Below, piece after piece: positions 18,999 to 29,777 of a stretch of 64,000 nt of DNA. The notes below the pieces were generated by a model. The model was not told where the DNA came from and made no database searches. It saw nothing but the letters and a program-made list of their open reading frames with translations. The stretch is from Limisphaerales bacterium (GTDB lineage Bacteria > Verrucomicrobiota > Verrucomicrobiia > Limisphaerales > JAJOIW01). How positions within the stretch are numbered: the stretch's first letter is position 1; each line of letters starts with the position of its first letter. The position numbers and the translations under genes are program-made. Location: the NCBI GenBank assembly GCA_965657355.1, contig CBFHOE010000002.1, positions 504,785 to 568,784 on the forward strand, given 5' to 3'.

Positions 18999-21900
18999 AT
19001 GAAAAAACTCAATAGACAAAATAAACTGAAGCTTAAGGAATGGACTAGCAAAATAGCTACTCTAACCACACTTTTAGGTGTGATCCTTCTCTGCACCACG
19101 CCTTCGGCGAAAGCGGGAATGACCATTCAATTCTACGGAGATACGTTTGGATTAGGAACAGCTATTCCTGGAGCTCAGATGCAAAACCTTTACGAGGATG
19201 ACCAATTTCCTGATCAACCTGGTGCCACCGAAGGAGTTACCGCCCAAAAAGGTTTCGGTGGAGCTTTCGTTGATGCCTCAACTGGATATTGGGAGTGGCC
19301 TCAACCGTTTGCGCAAGGAAATTGGCAGGACAACTACGGTGCTGTAATGACCGGTGTCTGGTATGTCCCGCAATCAGGCGATTACAGGTTCTTTATTAGA
19401 TCCGATGATTCTTCAGAACTCTTCATAACGGAGGAACCACTCGATTTGGAAAGTCTCAAAGGCGATGACGCTCCAGAACCAGATGCTTTTGAAGCCGACT
19501 GCTGTGATGCTTTCGAAGAAGGAGATACGGCAACGGCCACTTTCGCCCTGGAGGCTGGTGATATTCGGTATATAACTTTCATTTTTAAGGAAGCTGGAAG
19601 CGGTGATTGGGCTCAGTTAGGTCATAACTTTAATGGATCTTCAGTCGAATTATTTCACTTGGGTAATGTCCAGAGACATATTTTCACTGAGGATGCGCCT
19701 GCGGAGGAGTTTCCAATAATGGCCGCTTTCGGCCCTGATGGGGAGCAATGGGAAAGTGACGTCCCAGTCCCAGAAGCCCAAAACGTCTCATTCTACGTTG
19801 AATTCGATACAGAAATATCATCAGCCGATGAGGCACCCGAAATTACATGGTCTTTAGACGGCGAGGAAATTGAAGGTCAAAAAGGATCTATGCTCACCTT
19901 GTTTGCAACTATGGATCTCGACGGTTCAACCGTAACCGCGAACATAGATGGTATTGATGAATTATCCATGACAATTACTATCGAACCAGACTTTGATGCA
20001 CCCACAGTTTCATCGATCAGAACCCAAGGGAATCCAGCAGGAGTCCTCGTTACATTTAATGAGGGTGTTTCGGAAGAGAGCGCTACCAATACATCAAACT
20101 ACGAAATCGAAGGTAAGACTATTTCATCTGCAACTCTTATATCTTCTAACCAGGTCTTACTAGACATCGGAGCATATGATGGCTCTTTATTGGAAATCAC
20201 AATCACTGGTGTTGAGGACCAGGCATTTTCACCTAATCAAATCGAAGAGGTCACCCTACCTGTAGTCATGACTGATGGACTCATCATTTACCTTCCATTG
20301 GATGAAGATACAAATGATTTACTCGGAAGATATAATGGTGAAAATCAAAGCGTTGATTTTACGAACGATGGAGACCGAGGTGATGTGGCGGAATTTTCAC
20401 AAGAAAACGCTCACATCAATCTTGGCGTCGTGGATGACCTTCAAGGAGGCGTCACTGAATTTAGTTTTTCGGCCTGGTTCCTAAGAACCGAGGACAATGC
20501 CGGGGACAACACCAACCATGCCGTTTCAAATGTTCTCGCGGCCCACTCAGCGACCCCAACAAATGATGATTTTGAGATAGGAACATCAGGACCCACAGTC
20601 GAGGCCTACATGGATACAGTCGGAGGCCGTAACGGCAACTTGCCAGTTGCTCCTGCAGGAATAGAAAACGATGTTTGGAATCATATTCTATTTGTTTATG
20701 ACGGCTCGACTAACCCTGAAGTAAAAATTTACGTCAACGGTGACCTCGTCCTTGAAGATGAACGATATGGAAGAGAGTTAAATGATGGTTCAGCCTTTAA
20801 TGCGACACCATGGACTATTGGGGTTGCAAGACCCGACCGCGATGACCCATGGGGAGATTTCACCGGGTTGATGGATGATGTCGCCTTCTGGAGGGCAGCG
20901 CTCACACCAGCAATGGCGGCAGCACTTGCGGACGGTACCGCGAGTCCTTTAAATGTTGGAGCTGCTGTCACAGGAGAACTAACAATAGCGACCCCACTTG
21001 CAAATCAAGAAGTCAACGAACTCAGTGATGCCGTTTTTTCCGCGGATATCGAGGGATCTGATCCTTCAGTTGTCGTAGTAGAATGGTATCGCGATGGCGA
21101 GCTCATTCCCGGCACGAGCGGAACTACCCTAACTATCCCATCTGTCGGGCCGTCTGACTCAGGGGCCATAATCAGCTTCATCGCATACAATAGTAACGGT
21201 TCATTTAATCGTATTGCTAGCGAAGAGGCAACATTGACAGTGATCAATGATGAGACATCACCATCAGTCGTTTCTATTTCCGCAACCGGTTTTGGCGTGA
21301 ATCAAATTGTAGTGAATTTTGATGAAACTTTGGATCAGGAATCAGCAGAGAAAGCCTCAAATTATATTATCGATGCAATGATACCAGTAGAGTCGGCCAC
21401 GCTTCTCGCAGGCGGCACTTCTGTTCTCCTTAAGACCGGCGATCTTGAGAAAGATGGAGAATATAACTTAGTGATCACAGGGGTCGAAGATCTTAGCGCA
21501 GCAGGAAATGCGACTGACATCAAGGCACCATTCACTGAGGTCTCAAATTACGAGATTATCGTTCAATCTGATGATCCAATAAGATATTGGAGACTAAATG
21601 ATGATGTGGACTCCACAACTGTTGCTGAAATTGCAGTGGGCGGAAACGATGGCGCTGGTATTCGCCCTGGAACCGTGGCTGCCGGAGTTACTTTTGGAGC
21701 AAGCTCTCTCATCTTCAGCGATGGAGATAACAAGGCTGCAGACTTTTCAGCCGTCGATGGAGAAATCAATGTTCCAAACGGTAACGATGTAAATATAGCT
21801 AATGGCCCTTGGGGCAAAAAATCATTCGAAGCATGGATCAAGCCCAATTCTTTTCCTCCTCTCGGGGCAACTGGAGCAGCTGCAGCAATGGGTGTTTTCG

Positions 21901-22259
21901 AGCAAGGCGGAAATGATAGAGCTCTAGGAGCATTTATATGGCGTCTACCAGAAGACACTGATCCAAACAAAGCGCACCTGGTATTCTTTGCCTTCAATAG
22001 ACTTACGGATGCTGGTGGCGTTGGCTCGCCGTGGTTTGAACCAGCGGACGGTTCCGACGGGATATACGTCAGTCATGAAATCTCCATTGGTAGCACATAC
22101 CATGTCGTCGGCGTCATGGATGGAAACGCTGAAATTACAGGATCCAAGATACTTTATGTCAATGGCGAAGCCGTTGATGAAGTTGAAGGAGTTGGCCTTC
22201 TCTACAACCACAGTGGCGATGTCCACATTGGCCGCGGTCGACATGAAACTTCCCGATAA
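18999..22259 (+). CDS. Large acidic extracellular protein, 5' part (signal peptide, PA14, Ig-like and LamG domains), frameshifted near 22230-22245
   Basis: Signal ending in PSAKA. PA14-like DNYG...SGDYRFFIRSDDSSEL. LamG motifs WNHI..VY and FTGLMDDVAFW. The ORF stops inside the second LamG domain. Confidence 0.8.
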   Translation: MKKLNRQNKLKLKEWTSKIATLTTLLGVILLCTTPSAKAGMTIQFYGDTFGLGTAIPGAQMQNLYEDDQFPDQPGATEGVTAQKGFGGAFVDASTGYWEWPQPFAQGNWQDNYGAVMTGVWYVPQSGDYRFFIRSDDSSELFITEEPLDLESLKGDDAPEPDAFEADCCDAFEEGDTATATFALEAGDIRYITFIFKEAGSGDWAQLGHNFNGSSVELFHLGNVQRHIFTEDAPAEEFPIMAAFGPDGEQWESDVPVPEAQNVSFYVEFDTEISSADEAPEITWSLDGEEIEGQKGSMLTLFATMDLDGSTVTANIDGIDELSMTITIEPDFDAPTVSSIRTQGNPAGVLVTFNEGVSEESATNTSNYEIEGKTISSATLISSNQVLLDIGAYDGSLLEITITGVEDQAFSPNQIEEVTLPVVMTDGLIIYLPLDEDTNDLLGRYNGENQSVDFTNDGDRGDVAEFSQENAHINLGVVDDLQGGVTEFSFSAWFLRTEDNAGDNTNHAVSNVLAAHSATPTNDDFEIGTSGPTVEAYMDTVGGRNGNLPVAPAGIENDVWNHILFVYDGSTNPEVKIYVNGDLVLEDERYGRELNDGSAFNATPWTIGVARPDRDDPWGDFTGLMDDVAFWRAALTPAMAAALADGTASPLNVGAAVTGELTIATPLANQEVNELSDAVFSADIEGSDPSVVVVEWYRDGELIPGTSGTTLTIPSVGPSDSGAIISFIAYNSNGSFNRIASEEATLTVINDETSPSVVSISATGFGVNQIVVNFDETLDQESAEKASNYIIDAMIPVESATLLAGGTSVLLKTGDLEKDGEYNLVITGVEDLSAAGNATDIKAPFTEVSNYEIIVQSDDPIRYWRLNDDVDSTTVAEIAVGGNDGAGIRPGTVAAGVTFGASSLIFSDGDNKAADFSAVDGEINVPNGNDVNIANGPWGKKSFEAWIKPNSFPPLGATGAAAAMGVFEQGGNDRALGAFIWRLPEDTDPNKAHLVFFAFNRLTDAGGVGSPWFEPADGSDGIYVSHEISIGSTYHVVGVMDGNAEITGSKILYVNGEAVDEVEGVGLLYNHSGDVHIGRGRHETSR

Positions 22260-23982
22260 CTCAACTGGTATCTGGTTGCCATTCGACGGGGTCATCGATG
22301 AAGTCGCACTCTACAACACAGCTTTAACCGAAGAACAGGTTCAAAGACACTTCGACATCGCCTTTTTAGGCAACCAATCCGGTCCAGCTGAAATCGTATC
22401 TAGTCCAACATCAATTACTGCCGAGGAAAGGACGCTTGCTGAATTCTCTGCTGAATTCTCTGGAGCCCAACCTATTGAGGTGACCTGGACTGTCAATGGC
22501 CAATTATTTGCTGGCAATGTGGACGGCAATACGGCCACCCTCGCTATCCCAACAACCATCGACTTAGATGGGGCACAAATTCAGGTGACTGTGAAAAACG
22601 ATGACGGGGAGGATTCAAGTGAGGAAGCAAGCCTCACCGTCACCCCTGAAACAACGCCACCAACTGTAGTTTCAATAGAAGCTATTGGAGGAGAATCCAA
22701 TATTGTAACCATCGCGTTCAGCGAAGACCTCGACGAAGCCTCTGCAACAAATGCAGCCAACTACACCATCGAAGGTTTGACAGTGACTGGGGCTTCCATA
22801 GACGGCTCACTGACTCAGGTCACCCTAACAACCTCACAACAAGAAACAGGCAAGACATATAGCCTTGAAATTGGTGACTTGAAAGACGGCTCATCAACAG
22901 GCAATGCGTATTCCGCGGGTGCTGTGTCCATAAAATCTATATTCAATTACCAATTAGCTGTTATGTCCGATAATCCGGACGGCTATTTCCCCCTTGGCGA
23001 AACTGAGGGAACGGTGGCAAGTAACCTGGCCTTCTCAAACTGGAATGGAACATACGCAGTTGCCTTGGCTACTGAACCACCGGTTATTGGGGTAGATAAA
23101 ATAGTACCGGGTTCTCCAGATACAGCAGCTCAGTTTGCGAACAACAGAGTCAATCTGCCTGATAATGCTCGTCTCAATACCGGAGGTCCATACAGCGCTA
23201 AGACCATAGAGCTATGGTTTAAAGCAACTTCTCTCCCACGCTCTCAGGGTGATGGGGTAGCTGCTCAAAAAGCTGTCCTTTGGGAACAAGGTGGGGCAAC
23301 TCGGGGAATCTCGATCTACTTATCCGGAACCGAAGAGGAAAACGACCCGGAAAAAGCAGATCTTTACTTCCATATTTGGAATAGAGGAGACAACGATGGA
23401 CCAGGAGCCCCGTGGGGATTCGATGATACTGAGCCAACATTTGTCAAAACTGAAGTAAACCTGAATGAAAACTATCACATAGTCATGGTTTACGACGGCT
23501 CAGAAGAGTTGGACGAGGAAATCATCGATTTCGTCGCCTTCCAAGGGACACTTAAAGGATATGTTAACGGGGAGCTCGTCGACGAAAAGGGTGGCCTTGG
23601 ATTGTTATATAATCACGGTGACGATGGCGCTATCGGGATGATCAGACAAAATGTCGTCTACCATGATGCTGTGGTGAGTATCCCTAGTGGAGACCCCTTC
23701 TTCGGAATTATTGATGAAGTCGCTACTTACAACAAGGTTTTGGAGGAAGACCGAATAGCTTATCACTACGAAATCGGCACGACACCACTCGATACACCAT
23801 CAGGAGAAGGCCCTGCCTTTAGTTCCTTCAGCTCGGATGGGACAAATATTACCATGGAGTGGACGGATGGAAAATTGGAGAGCGCTCCAAGCGCAGTTGG
23901 TCCTTGGACACCTATGGATGCTCAATCTCCGCACACCGAGGCCATTGCGGTAGGAGCTAAATTCTTCCGCCTCGTTCAGTAA
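22234..23982 (+). CDS. Large extracellular protein, 3' part in the +1 frame (end of LamG, Ig-like, LamG, C-terminal GPW...FFR domain)
   Basis: FDGVIDEVALYN completes the LamG broken in the upstream ORF. The part of the ORF-track ORF before about 22234 does not resemble the repeat units. Confidence 0.78.
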   Translation, partial: AVDMKLPDNSTGIWLPFDGVIDEVALYNTALTEEQVQRHFDIAFLGNQSGPAEIVSSPTSITAEERTLAEFSAEFSGAQPIEVTWTVNGQLFAGNVDGNTATLAIPTTIDLDGAQIQVTVKNDDGEDSSEEASLTVTPETTPPTVVSIEAIGGESNIVTIAFSEDLDEASATNAANYTIEGLTVTGASIDGSLTQVTLTTSQQETGKTYSLEIGDLKDGSSTGNAYSAGAVSIKSIFNYQLAVMSDNPDGYFPLGETEGTVASNLAFSNWNGTYAVALATEPPVIGVDKIVPGSPDTAAQFANNRVNLPDNARLNTGGPYSAKTIELWFKATSLPRSQGDGVAAQKAVLWEQGGATRGISIYLSGTEEENDPEKADLYFHIWNRGDNDGPGAPWGFDDTEPTFVKTEVNLNENYHIVMVYDGSEELDEEIIDFVAFQGTLKGYVNGELVDEKGGLGLLYNHGDDGAIGMIRQNVVYHDAVVSIPSGDPFFGIIDEVATYNKVLEEDRIAYHYEIGTTPLDTPSGEGPAFSSFSSDGTNITMEWTDGKLESAPSAVGPWTPMDAQSPHTEAIAVGAKFFRLVQ

Positions 23983-24010
23983 AATCTGAACGTTTCACAA
24001 CTTGCTACAC

Positions 24011-24043
24011 AAAGGCGAAGGTTGTACAACCTTCGCCTTTTTT
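24011..24043 (+). terminator. Intrinsic terminator (perfect 30-bp palindrome plus T tract)
   Basis: AAAGGCGAAGGTTGTACAACCTTCGCCTTT followed by TTT, about 30 nt after the stop at 23982. Confidence 0.9.
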
Positions 24044-24123
24044 ATAAAGTTAATCCAATTGCTCGCATTGACCTTTAACAAAAGAATATCGTTTTTATAT
24101 AAAGATTAGAGCTATCCTATATT

Positions 24124-24708
24124 ATGGATTGGGAAGAAAAGTATCAGATCGGTGATTGCCCTTGGGACAAGGGCGAAGCCTCCCCCGGACTTCAAGAGTG
24201 GTTAAATGAACACAAATTTAGTGGAAGAGTTATTGTTCCAGGATGTGGGCTTGGTCACGACGCACGATATATTGCAGATGCATGCCCTGATTGTGAGGTC
24301 CTAGCGATAGACCTTTCCCCTACTGCCATAATGAAAGCAAGGCAGCTACCAAATCCCAAAAACGTTACTTTTCAAGAGGGAAATTTATTTGAACTCCCGG
24401 AGGAGCTTATTCATTCCAGCGATTGGGTGTTTGAGCACACCTGTCTTTGTGCTCTACCAGTAGAGAAGCGCTCTGAATATATTGATTCTGTTCGAAATCT
24501 TTTAAAGCCGAAAGGGAAATATCTAGCTGTTTTTTTTATTAATCCAGATATGGATGAAGGAAGTGAGGGGCCACCTTTTGGAATAAGTAAGAAAGAAATC
24601 AGGAACTTATTCGAAGAACATTTTTCAATTGATTCGACGTGGAATCCCAAAAGTTTTTACCAAACGCGAATCGACCGAGAAATGATGGGAATACTGACTA
24701 AAAAATAG
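24124..24708 (+). CDS. Thiopurine S-methyltransferase family (thiol/halide-type) SAM methyltransferase
   Basis: WEEKY...PWD, VIVPGCGLGHD, EHTCLCAL and GPPFG. Confidence 0.88.
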   Translation: MDWEEKYQIGDCPWDKGEASPGLQEWLNEHKFSGRVIVPGCGLGHDARYIADACPDCEVLAIDLSPTAIMKARQLPNPKNVTFQEGNLFELPEELIHSSDWVFEHTCLCALPVEKRSEYIDSVRNLLKPKGKYLAVFFINPDMDEGSEGPPFGISKKEIRNLFEEHFSIDSTWNPKSFYQTRIDREMMGILTKK

Positions 24709-24764
24709 ACAGGCGTGGATAATCATCAGCACCGTGTTTTCCCCAACAAAGAAAACTTGTCAGT

Positions 24765-25296
24765 TTACTCAACAGAAAAACGCCTTACCACGGGGGCGTT
24801 CAAAGGACTTTCCGGCTTTTGGGGTAGTGATAATTTAGTCTTACTAGAATCGATGTTTGGTTTATAGTCGGCTTTTTTAATTTTGAACCCAGCTAGATAC
24901 TGATCAAGTTCCGATCTTGATTGAAACAACTTAAAATTCTCAGAATACAAATTAGAAAAATAAAGCTTTTGCGTCGAGGCTACTTTTTTCTTTTGATTTG
25001 ATTTTACGACTCAGTGTAGTTTTTGTATCTGCTTGAAGCTGACGGGGTTTCATACGTTGGAGTGATGGATGATTTGTAACAGAATCACCGGTATCTACTT
25101 TTTTAGTTCGCACCTCGAAACGAACTTCAAATGGTGGTTTGTTTGATTTTTTGTAATCAGCTTGTGCTTGATTGCAAAAAGTAAATGACATAAATATCAT
25201 TGCACAAACAGCCCACCCCCAATGGGACATCATGACTTTATTTTTCATATTCACTATGGATCTCATACAGTGAGAACCAACGCACCGGGCACTCAC
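24765..25296 (-). CDS. Hypothetical basic exported protein, possibly one gene split into two ORFs (24952-25296 and 24765-24950)
   Basis: Signal-like segment ending in QAQA. The second ORF follows in the +1 frame after TTA TTT TTC TAA. Confidence 0.4.
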
Positions 25297-25428
25297 CTGT
25301 ACAAAATACTCTCATCTAAATATCGACCATAGGATATCTGACTTAAATTATTTTAAGAATAACTTGCTAATCTTGTATTTGAGCCAAAAGAGAAGTTTGA
25401 AAGCTTGGAATCTCGGCGAGACTAGGAT

Positions 25429-28023
25429 ATGGCTGGATACCAGATGGCAAACACAGAAGTTTACCCACTTATGCCCTCGGATCAGCAGGTTTCACAAAAT
25501 GATTTGCTGGATAGATTTCTAGCGTATGTAGATTCGAAGGGACTTGAACTTTACCCAGCTCAAGAAGAAGCCATTCTTGAGCTGTTTGGTGGAGCTAATA
25601 TTATCTTGAACACGCCAACGGGTTCAGGCAAATCGTTGGTAGCTGCAGCAATGCACTACAAATCAGCAAGCTCAGGCAGAAAGTCTGTATACACGTGCCC
25701 AATAAAAGCCCTGGTAAATGAAAAATTCTTGTCTCTTTGCAAAGACTTTGGGCCTAAAAATGTTGGCATGATGACAGGAGATGCTTCGGTAAATAGGGAT
25801 GCTCCAATTTTATGTTGCACAGCTGAAATACTGAGCAATATAGCACTACATGATGGCGAGGAGAGCGAAGTAAGAGATGTCATCATGGACGAATTTCACT
25901 ACTACTCCGACCCAGAACGAGGAGTCGCATGGCAAACCCCATTACTAACAATGTCGAAAGCCCGGTTTCTCATCATGTCTGCCACCATGGGAAGAACAGA
26001 TTTCTTTCGTGATGTCATTGAACGATTGACAAAAGAAAAAACTGTTGTCGTCAGCTCAAACCAAAGACCTGTTCCTTTAGATTTTTCCTATTCTGAAATA
26101 AATTTGGCAGAGACGATTGAGAAAATAAAAGCGGACAACAAGCTCCCTGCCTATGTGGTTCATTTCACTCAGCTGGGAGCTGCAGAAACAGCCCAGAGCC
26201 TGACAAGTATCAACTTTTGTTCGAAGGAGGAAAAAGCAACTATCAACAAGGAGCTTGAAACCGCCGAATTTTCCTCACCCTTTGGAAAAGATATTAAGAA
26301 ATATCTGAAGCATGGTATAGGCCTTCATCATGCAGGACTTCTACCAAAGTATCGAATACTCGTAGAGCAGCTGGCACAAAAAGGACTACTTAAAGTTATT
26401 TGTGGAACGGATACTTTGGGGGTTGGGGTCAACGTTCCAATCCGCAGTGTTCTTTTGACGCAGTTGTGCAAATACGACGGGACCAAAACCAGAATACTCA
26501 AAGCAAGAGACTTCCACCAAATATGCGGACGAGCAGGCAGAAGAGGATTTGATACTGAGGGCTCAGTCATTTGTATGGCCCCAGAGTATGTCATCGAAAA
26601 TATAAAGCTTGAGAAAAAGGCCGCTAAAGACCCATCAAAAAAGAAAAAAATAGTCAAAAGAAAGCCCCCCGAAAAAGGGTTTGTTAATTGGACTGAGGAA
26701 ACTTTCAGAAAACTGGTTGATGCGCAGCCTGAGCCTCTGGTTTCAAGTTTTGATATTTCACATGGAATTCTTCTAAACGTTTTAAGCAGGGAAACTGATG
26801 GGTGTCTAGCTATGCGAGACTTAATCAGGAATTGTCACGGGACAGATATCCAAAAAAAGCACCTTAGAAAAAAATCTTGGAAGCTTTTCAGATCTTTGGT
26901 CGATCGCGAGATAATTGAGATCCTACCAGAGAAGTTAAGAAGAGGAGCAAAGGTGCGGGTTAATTTAGACCTACAAGAGGATTTTTCACTTAATCAAACC
27001 TTATCTCTTTTTCTAATAGATACCTTAAGCCTTCTGGATAATGAATCCGACCAGTTTGCTTTTGATGTCATAACGCTCGTCGAATCAATTCTTGAAAACC
27101 CTCATATTATCTTGCGAAAACAACTCGATAAAATTCGAGATAAAGCCATGAATGAGATGAAACAAAAAGGAGTTTCATTTGATGAAAGAATGGAAGAGTT
27201 GGATAAATTGGAGTATCCCAAACCAAATCGAGATTTCATATACACCACGTTTAACGCATTCGCCTCAAACCACCCATGGGTTGGGCAGGAAAATATCCAA
27301 CCAAAATCAATCGCTAGGGAAATGTATGAAAACTTCATGAGTTTCAATGATTACGTAAAAACTTATGGATTACAAAAAAGTGAAGGAGTCTTGATGAGGC
27401 ACCTTTCAAATGTATTTAAAGTTTTGGACCAAACAGTTCCCGATCAATCTAAATCCGAAGAACTCAATGAGGCCTCACATTATTTTGAATCGATGATTCG
27501 AGGGGTTGATTCAAGCTTGATAGATGAATGGGAAAAAATTGCGGTCACCAATCCAATTCCTAGCGAACTCAAGACCTCAAAGCCTTCGGGTAAACTTTAT
27601 GGCGCAAGCAAAGAAAAACCGAGTGATATTACCCAACACCCTAAAAGGTTGGAAACAGAGATAAGAACAATAGTTTTTGAAATTCTCAGAGCTTTCGCAG
27701 TCAATGACTTCGAGCAGGTCATTAAAAAATTGGATGACAAAGAGTCTGCCGACGGGGAATCTTGGACCGAACAACTACTCGAATCTATATATAACGAATA
27801 TTTTTCTAATCATCAAAATATCAAAACTGACCCCGAAGCTAGAAATAAAAAGCATACTCATATCGAGAAAAAACCAGATGAAGATCATTGGTGGATTCAT
27901 CAGACTTTGGTGGATTCAGATGGCTTAAATGATTGGAGTTTAGACGTTTCACTCTCCCTTTCGAAAACACAATTATTGAACAGACCAAGTCTCCGATTAC
28001 TCAATATATCTTCCATACTTTAG
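25429..28023 (+). CDS. Ski2/HelY-like DExH helicase with a DUF3516-type C-terminus
   Basis: [35 protein letters not shown] and [10 protein letters not shown]. Confidence 0.9.
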   Translation: MAGYQMANTEVYPLMPSDQQVSQNDLLDRFLAYVDSKGLELYPAQEEAILELFGGANIILNTPTGSGKSLVAAAMHYKSASSGRKSVYTCPIKALVNEKFLSLCKDFGPKNVGMMTGDASVNRDAPILCCTAEILSNIALHDGEESEVRDVIMDEFHYYSDPERGVAWQTPLLTMSKARFLIMSATMGRTDFFRDVIERLTKEKTVVVSSNQRPVPLDFSYSEINLAETIEKIKADNKLPAYVVHFTQLGAAETAQSLTSINFCSKEEKATINKELETAEFSSPFGKDIKKYLKHGIGLHHAGLLPKYRILVEQLAQKGLLKVICGTDTLGVGVNVPIRSVLLTQLCKYDGTKTRILKARDFHQICGRAGRRGFDTEGSVICMAPEYVIENIKLEKKAAKDPSKKKKIVKRKPPEKGFVNWTEETFRKLVDAQPEPLVSSFDISHGILLNVLSRETDGCLAMRDLIRNCHGTDIQKKHLRKKSWKLFRSLVDREIIEILPEKLRRGAKVRVNLDLQEDFSLNQTLSLFLIDTLSLLDNESDQFAFDVITLVESILENPHIILRKQLDKIRDKAMNEMKQKGVSFDERMEELDKLEYPKPNRDFIYTTFNAFASNHPWVGQENIQPKSIAREMYENFMSFNDYVKTYGLQKSEGVLMRHLSNVFKVLDQTVPDQSKSEELNEASHYFESMIRGVDSSLIDEWEKIAVTNPIPSELKTSKPSGKLYGASKEKPSDITQHPKRLETEIRTIVFEILRAFAVNDFEQVIKKLDDKESADGESWTEQLLESIYNEYFSNHQNIKTDPEARNKKHTHIEKKPDEDHWWIHQTLVDSDGLNDWSLDVSLSLSKTQLLNRPSLRLLNISSIL

Positions 28024-28072
28024 GGGTAGTATAATTAAAAACTACACATTAGTATTATATTCATAGAAGATT

Positions 28073-29569
28073 ATGAATGACATCCAACAAGATTGCCGAA
28101 ATGGTATAGGCTTAAAATTAATGATTTTATTAAGCTTCATCTCGCTGGTGGCCATTCTTCAGGGCTGTACCGTGTTGCCTGAAAAAAAAATGAAAGAGGA
28201 TGAAAAAGTTAAATTAATTTCACCTTCTTTAAGCAGCAGCAAATCTAGCCTGGAGCCATATATTTACGACGGCAAGCAACCCAATGTTATTTTGATAGTC
28301 GCTGACGATTTGGGATATGGCGACCTGGAGGTCTATGGGCAACAAAAAATAAAAACTCCAAATATCAATGCTTTGGCGCAGGACGGCATGCGCTTTACAA
28401 ATTTTTATGCAGGATCAACGGTTTGCGCTCCCTCGAGATGCGTTTTGATGACAGGAAAACATACAGGTCATTGCGAGATTCGCGGAAATGGTCCGTATCC
28501 TATTTCTGATGACACCCAGACAGTTGCTGAATTATTAAAAACCAAAGATTATGTAACCGGTTGTATCGGTAAATGGGGTCTGGGCCTAGAGGGAAGCGAA
28601 GGAATCCCCACACGACAAGGGTTTGATAATTTTTTTGGATATTTGCACCAAGGGCACGCCCACAATTATTACCCCTCATTCCTCATACTCAATGAAGAGA
28701 GGATTTCCCTGAACAATACAGTGCCTAAGGAACAGGATTCGGGAGCAGGAGTATCGAGTGATAAGCAGCAATACAGCCATGATCTTTTTATAGAAAGCTC
28801 CCTCGCTTTCCTCGACATCTATCATAACCAGCCGTTCTTCCTATATCTTCCGCTAACCATTCCACATGCAAATAATGAAGCCAAAAACGAAGGGATGGAA
28901 ATCCCAGATTATGGAGATTACAAAAGTGAAGACTGGCCCGGCCCACAAAAAGGACTTGCAGCAATGATTACTCACCTAGATTTTGGCATCGGCCAAATTG
29001 TCGAGAAACTCGACGAGCTAGGTATTACTGAGGACACCATTATCATGTTCACATCCGATAATGGACCACACAAAGAAGGGGGTAATGACCCCGAGTTTTT
29101 TAATTCTAATGGGTCTCTGCGTGGCATCAAACGAGATTTGTATGAGGGAGGCATAAAAGTTCCTCTCATTGTTAAGTGGCCTGGAAAAATAGTTCCAAAT
29201 AGTGTGACCTCACATATTTGTGGCTTCCAGGATATTATGCCAACCCTTGCTGATATAAGTAATGCAAGGAATGCTGTCATCGACGACTTGGACGGGATAA
29301 GCTTCGCTCCATTGCTGTTGGATGAGCCTTCAAAACAGAACCAACACAAATATTTGTTCTGGGAATTTCATGAACAAGGAGGCAAACAAGCCATAAGATA
29401 TGGTAATTGGAAAGGAATCTACTTCAACAAACCTCAGAAATTTGAACTGTATGATTTGTCCAGTGACCCTTCCGAAACAAAAAATATAAGCGGGCTCAAT
29501 TTGGAAAAAACGATTCAGCTAAAAAACCTTATGGATTCTGCTCGATTTCCATCAAAAATCTGGAACTGA
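28073..29569 (+). CDS. Formylglycine-dependent (Cys-type) sulfatase, probable lipoprotein
   Basis: PNVILIVADDLG, CAPSR, GKWGLG, SDNG and YEGGIKVP, with lipobox ILQG-C. Confidence 0.93.
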   Translation: MNDIQQDCRNGIGLKLMILLSFISLVAILQGCTVLPEKKMKEDEKVKLISPSLSSSKSSLEPYIYDGKQPNVILIVADDLGYGDLEVYGQQKIKTPNINALAQDGMRFTNFYAGSTVCAPSRCVLMTGKHTGHCEIRGNGPYPISDDTQTVAELLKTKDYVTGCIGKWGLGLEGSEGIPTRQGFDNFFGYLHQGHAHNYYPSFLILNEERISLNNTVPKEQDSGAGVSSDKQQYSHDLFIESSLAFLDIYHNQPFFLYLPLTIPHANNEAKNEGMEIPDYGDYKSEDWPGPQKGLAAMITHLDFGIGQIVEKLDELGITEDTIIMFTSDNGPHKEGGNDPEFFNSNGSLRGIKRDLYEGGIKVPLIVKWPGKIVPNSVTSHICGFQDIMPTLADISNARNAVIDDLDGISFAPLLLDEPSKQNQHKYLFWEFHEQGGKQAIRYGNWKGIYFNKPQKFELYDLSSDPSETKNISGLNLEKTIQLKNLMDSARFPSKIWN

Positions 29570-29742
29570 GCCCACCCACAACATCTCAAATAAAGGCGAA
29601 TCAGCACCCGCCACCATTTATCCCTGCATCAATAGGCAAATAAGTTCTCTAAAAATAGAACCCTAGGCATGAACTAGGTAAAAATTGCCAAGGACAGGAA
29701 TTCGAGCCGAAAATACCAGCAAATACACATCAATAGAAATCC

Positions 29743-29758
29743 TGGCATCGTAATTGCT
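29743..29758 (+). promoter_or_regulatory. Sigma-54 (-24/-12) promoter of fliW-csrA-flagellin
   Basis: TGGCAT-CGTAA-TTGCT with exact GG-N10-GC spacing, about 20 nt before the fliW ATG. Confidence 0.75.
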
Positions 29759-29777
29759 TTGGGGTTGTTGAAGTGTT

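Noticed and set aside
21988..22233. Independent start of the 664-aa ORF
   Set aside because: This stretch overlaps clear LamG coding sequence in ORF1's frame and does not resemble the repeat units.
22225..22260. Programmed frameshift or phase-variable tract
   Set aside because: No slippery heptamer, homopolymer or tandem repeat is visible.
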